Origin: Rhizophagus irregularis | Taxonomy: Eukaryota | DNA: 64,000 nucleotides | Direction of reading: 5' to 3' | Assembly: GCF_026210795.1 (NCBI RefSeq) | Contig: NC_089431.1 | Coordinates: 4,588,001 to 4,652,000, forward strand | Shown here: positions 61,863 through 64,000 of the stretch, one piece after another | Layout: the number at the start of each line of letters is the position of its first letter | Numbering within the stretch: position 1 is the stretch's first letter | Translations under genes and position numbers: made by a program | The notes under the pieces: model-generated | What the model was told of the DNA's origin: nothing | Databases searched by the model: none | Seen by the model: the letters and a program-made list of their open reading frames with translations, nothing else

Positions 61863-63659
61863 ATGTCTAAACAAGACTGGGCAAATTGGATTGATGATGC
61901 TACTTCAAAAAATTATATTAAACATTATGAATATAAAGACTTTTTTAATCTTAAAGAAATTGGTTTCGGAGGCTTCGGAAAGGTTTATCGTGCAAGCTGG
62001 AAAAATCCTCGTAATATTTTAGCAATAAAATCTATCAACGACCCCAATGCTAAAAAAATTGTTTACGAGGTGATATATTATAACATAAAGTATATTTCGT
62101 CTTTATAATAAATTCATTTTCCAATAAAAAAATTCTTCTTTATTATTTTATAGCTTAAAATTCATCGTGAAGTACATTTTAATGATTATATTATAAAATT
62201 CCATGGTGTTACAATAAGTATAAATAATTCTAATATTTGATTTTATATGAAATTTTAATATAATTTATGAAAATTATAAATTAAATATTTTATTTTCTTT
62301 TAAAAAGATAATCAAAATTCTGGTTCAAAGAAATGCTATATGTTGGTAATGGAATACGCGGACAGTGGTACACTTCGAAATTATTTAGAAAAAAATATTA
62401 ACAATCTCACTTGGAATGATAAATTCAAAATGGCATATCAATTAGCTAGTGGTGTATTATGCCTACATGAAGAGGATATTATTCATTGTGATTTGGTAAT
62501 TCATTTGTTTATATTACATTTATTATGTATTTATAATTTTAGTTCAGTTATTTATTTATTATTAATTAATAGCACTCCTGCAACGTGTTAGTCCATCAAA
62601 ATACAATCAAATTGGCTGATTTTGGACTATCAAAAATTATTAATGACCCAAGTGCATCACAACAAGGTGGTGTAATTCCTTATACTGACCCGAAAAGGTT
62701 CGTAACTGATTCATACTCTCTGAACCAAAAGAGCGATGTTTATAGTATTGGCGTACTTCTATGGGAAATATCAAGCTGTCGGCCACCTTTTAGAGATAAG
62801 TCTAATCAGCTTGGATTACCGATTAGGATTTCGCAAGGTCTTAGAGAAACACCTATTTCTAATACACCTAAGGACTATGAAAAACTTTATACCGGTAAAT
62901 ATAATTTGAAAGCTTAATTATGGTTTAAAATATTATTATCAATAACATTGATGATATTGTTAATTTATAGATTGTTGGAATCATGAACCAGATGATCGTC
63001 CAATTATCCAAAATGTGGTTGCTAGATTAGAAGCAATTATGACGAAATATAATATAACTGAGAGGTCTGCTTGGACACCTCCTATTAATAGTTTATCACA
63101 TAACAATTTGCCTCGAGGTTTTAATAATAATATGAATAATACAATCAAAGTAGAACCTTTAAAGTCACCGAGTAAAGCACCTCAGACTAACTTTTATAAG
63201 CAAAAATCCGAAAAAGATATAGTCGATGGAATAGCTGCTCTTTCTGATGACATATACGATCGAAATAAAAAGCAGAGAATTCTTAATTACATTAAAGAAC
63301 ATCATAAAACTTCAGGAGAAATTTTTGACTGGCTATCAAATAATCAAAGTGAAGCCAACTCTCTTCTTGTACTTGGAGATTTTTATTATTTAGGAATTGC
63401 AACTTTGGCTGATAATAAAAAAGCTTATAAGTACTATGAGGAAGCAGGAAATAAAGGAAATAGCTTAGCTCAGTACACTCTTGGAATTTTAAGTGAAAAG
63501 GAAGAAAGAGATACTTGTGCAGCAATGTATTGGTTTAACGAATCTGCTAAACAAGGAAACCAAAAAGCTATAAATAATTTCTATAGATTACAAAGTGATA
63601 ATTGCAGATCCTATAAACTTACAAATAAATATAGCATGATGGGTCGAAATCTTGTTTAG
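61863..63659 (+). CDS. TKL-type kinase (HCD, non-RD) + Sel1-like repeats, K12, ~489 aa
   Basis: Exons 61863-62069, 62154-62217, 62308-62495, 62573-62894, 62971-63659; HCDLHSCN, DFG intact. Confidence 0.9.
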
Positions 63660-64000
63660 TTTTTTTTATTATTTAATATTTTATTATTTCATCAGCTTTA
63701 ATTACCTTTTTAAATTATAATACAAAAAATATTAGTTTGTAAACGTTTTATATAATTTTTGTTATTTTTGTTACAAATATTAAAGAGATTTGATAAATTT
63801 TTAAAAAATTTTTATAAAATCGGTTAATTAGCTGTTTGTAAGATTTTGTGATCTTATTTTCGGAGCGAAGCGTATGTGATTGGTAAATTTTGCGGTCACG
63901 TGGATATTTTCGTTTAAAAAACGTCATGTGATGATATGATTCACATTTCACAAAATTTAACCATGATTAATTTAATTTGTTTTCCGCCCGAACTATAATT

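Noticed and set aside
24916..63659. Treating the 60-130-aa kinase ORFs as separate small genes, or as a prokaryotic operon
   Set aside because: They are exons: conserved GT-AG boundaries join them into continuous kinase frames.

Overview
Very AT-rich eukaryotic DNA with short spliceosomal introns. The gene families point to an arbuscular mycorrhizal fungus (Glomeromycota, Rhizophagus-like); this is inferred, not database-confirmed. The window has three parts. (1) 1-2766: the 5' end of an LTR retrotransposon on the minus strand, with a 616-bp LTR, a tRNA primer-binding site, a leader minisatellite, an extra 227-aa ORF and the start of a second ORF. (2) 3.4-20 kb: a tandem cluster of five two-exon BTB-BACK-TLDc genes, two of them frameshifted. 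(3) 24.9-63.7 kb: a head-to-tail array of twelve five-exon TKL-type protein kinase genes plus one relic. Most kinases carry a Ser-rich VNTR linker and Sel1-like repeats. The paralogs are exon-level mosaics and include DFG-less, HCD and tail-swapped variants. Also present: five CCC...GGG miniature DNA transposons with 3-bp TSDs, a decayed ubiquitin-like/ADP-ribosyltransferase gene, and a 1260-bp hAT-type element (8-bp TSD). The hAT element is a giant palindrome built from six ~145-nt hairpins, and the hairpin arm matches 21/23 nt of a site just downstream of two kinase genes. All exon coordinates were read by eye from splice signals and paralog comparison; no searches were run.
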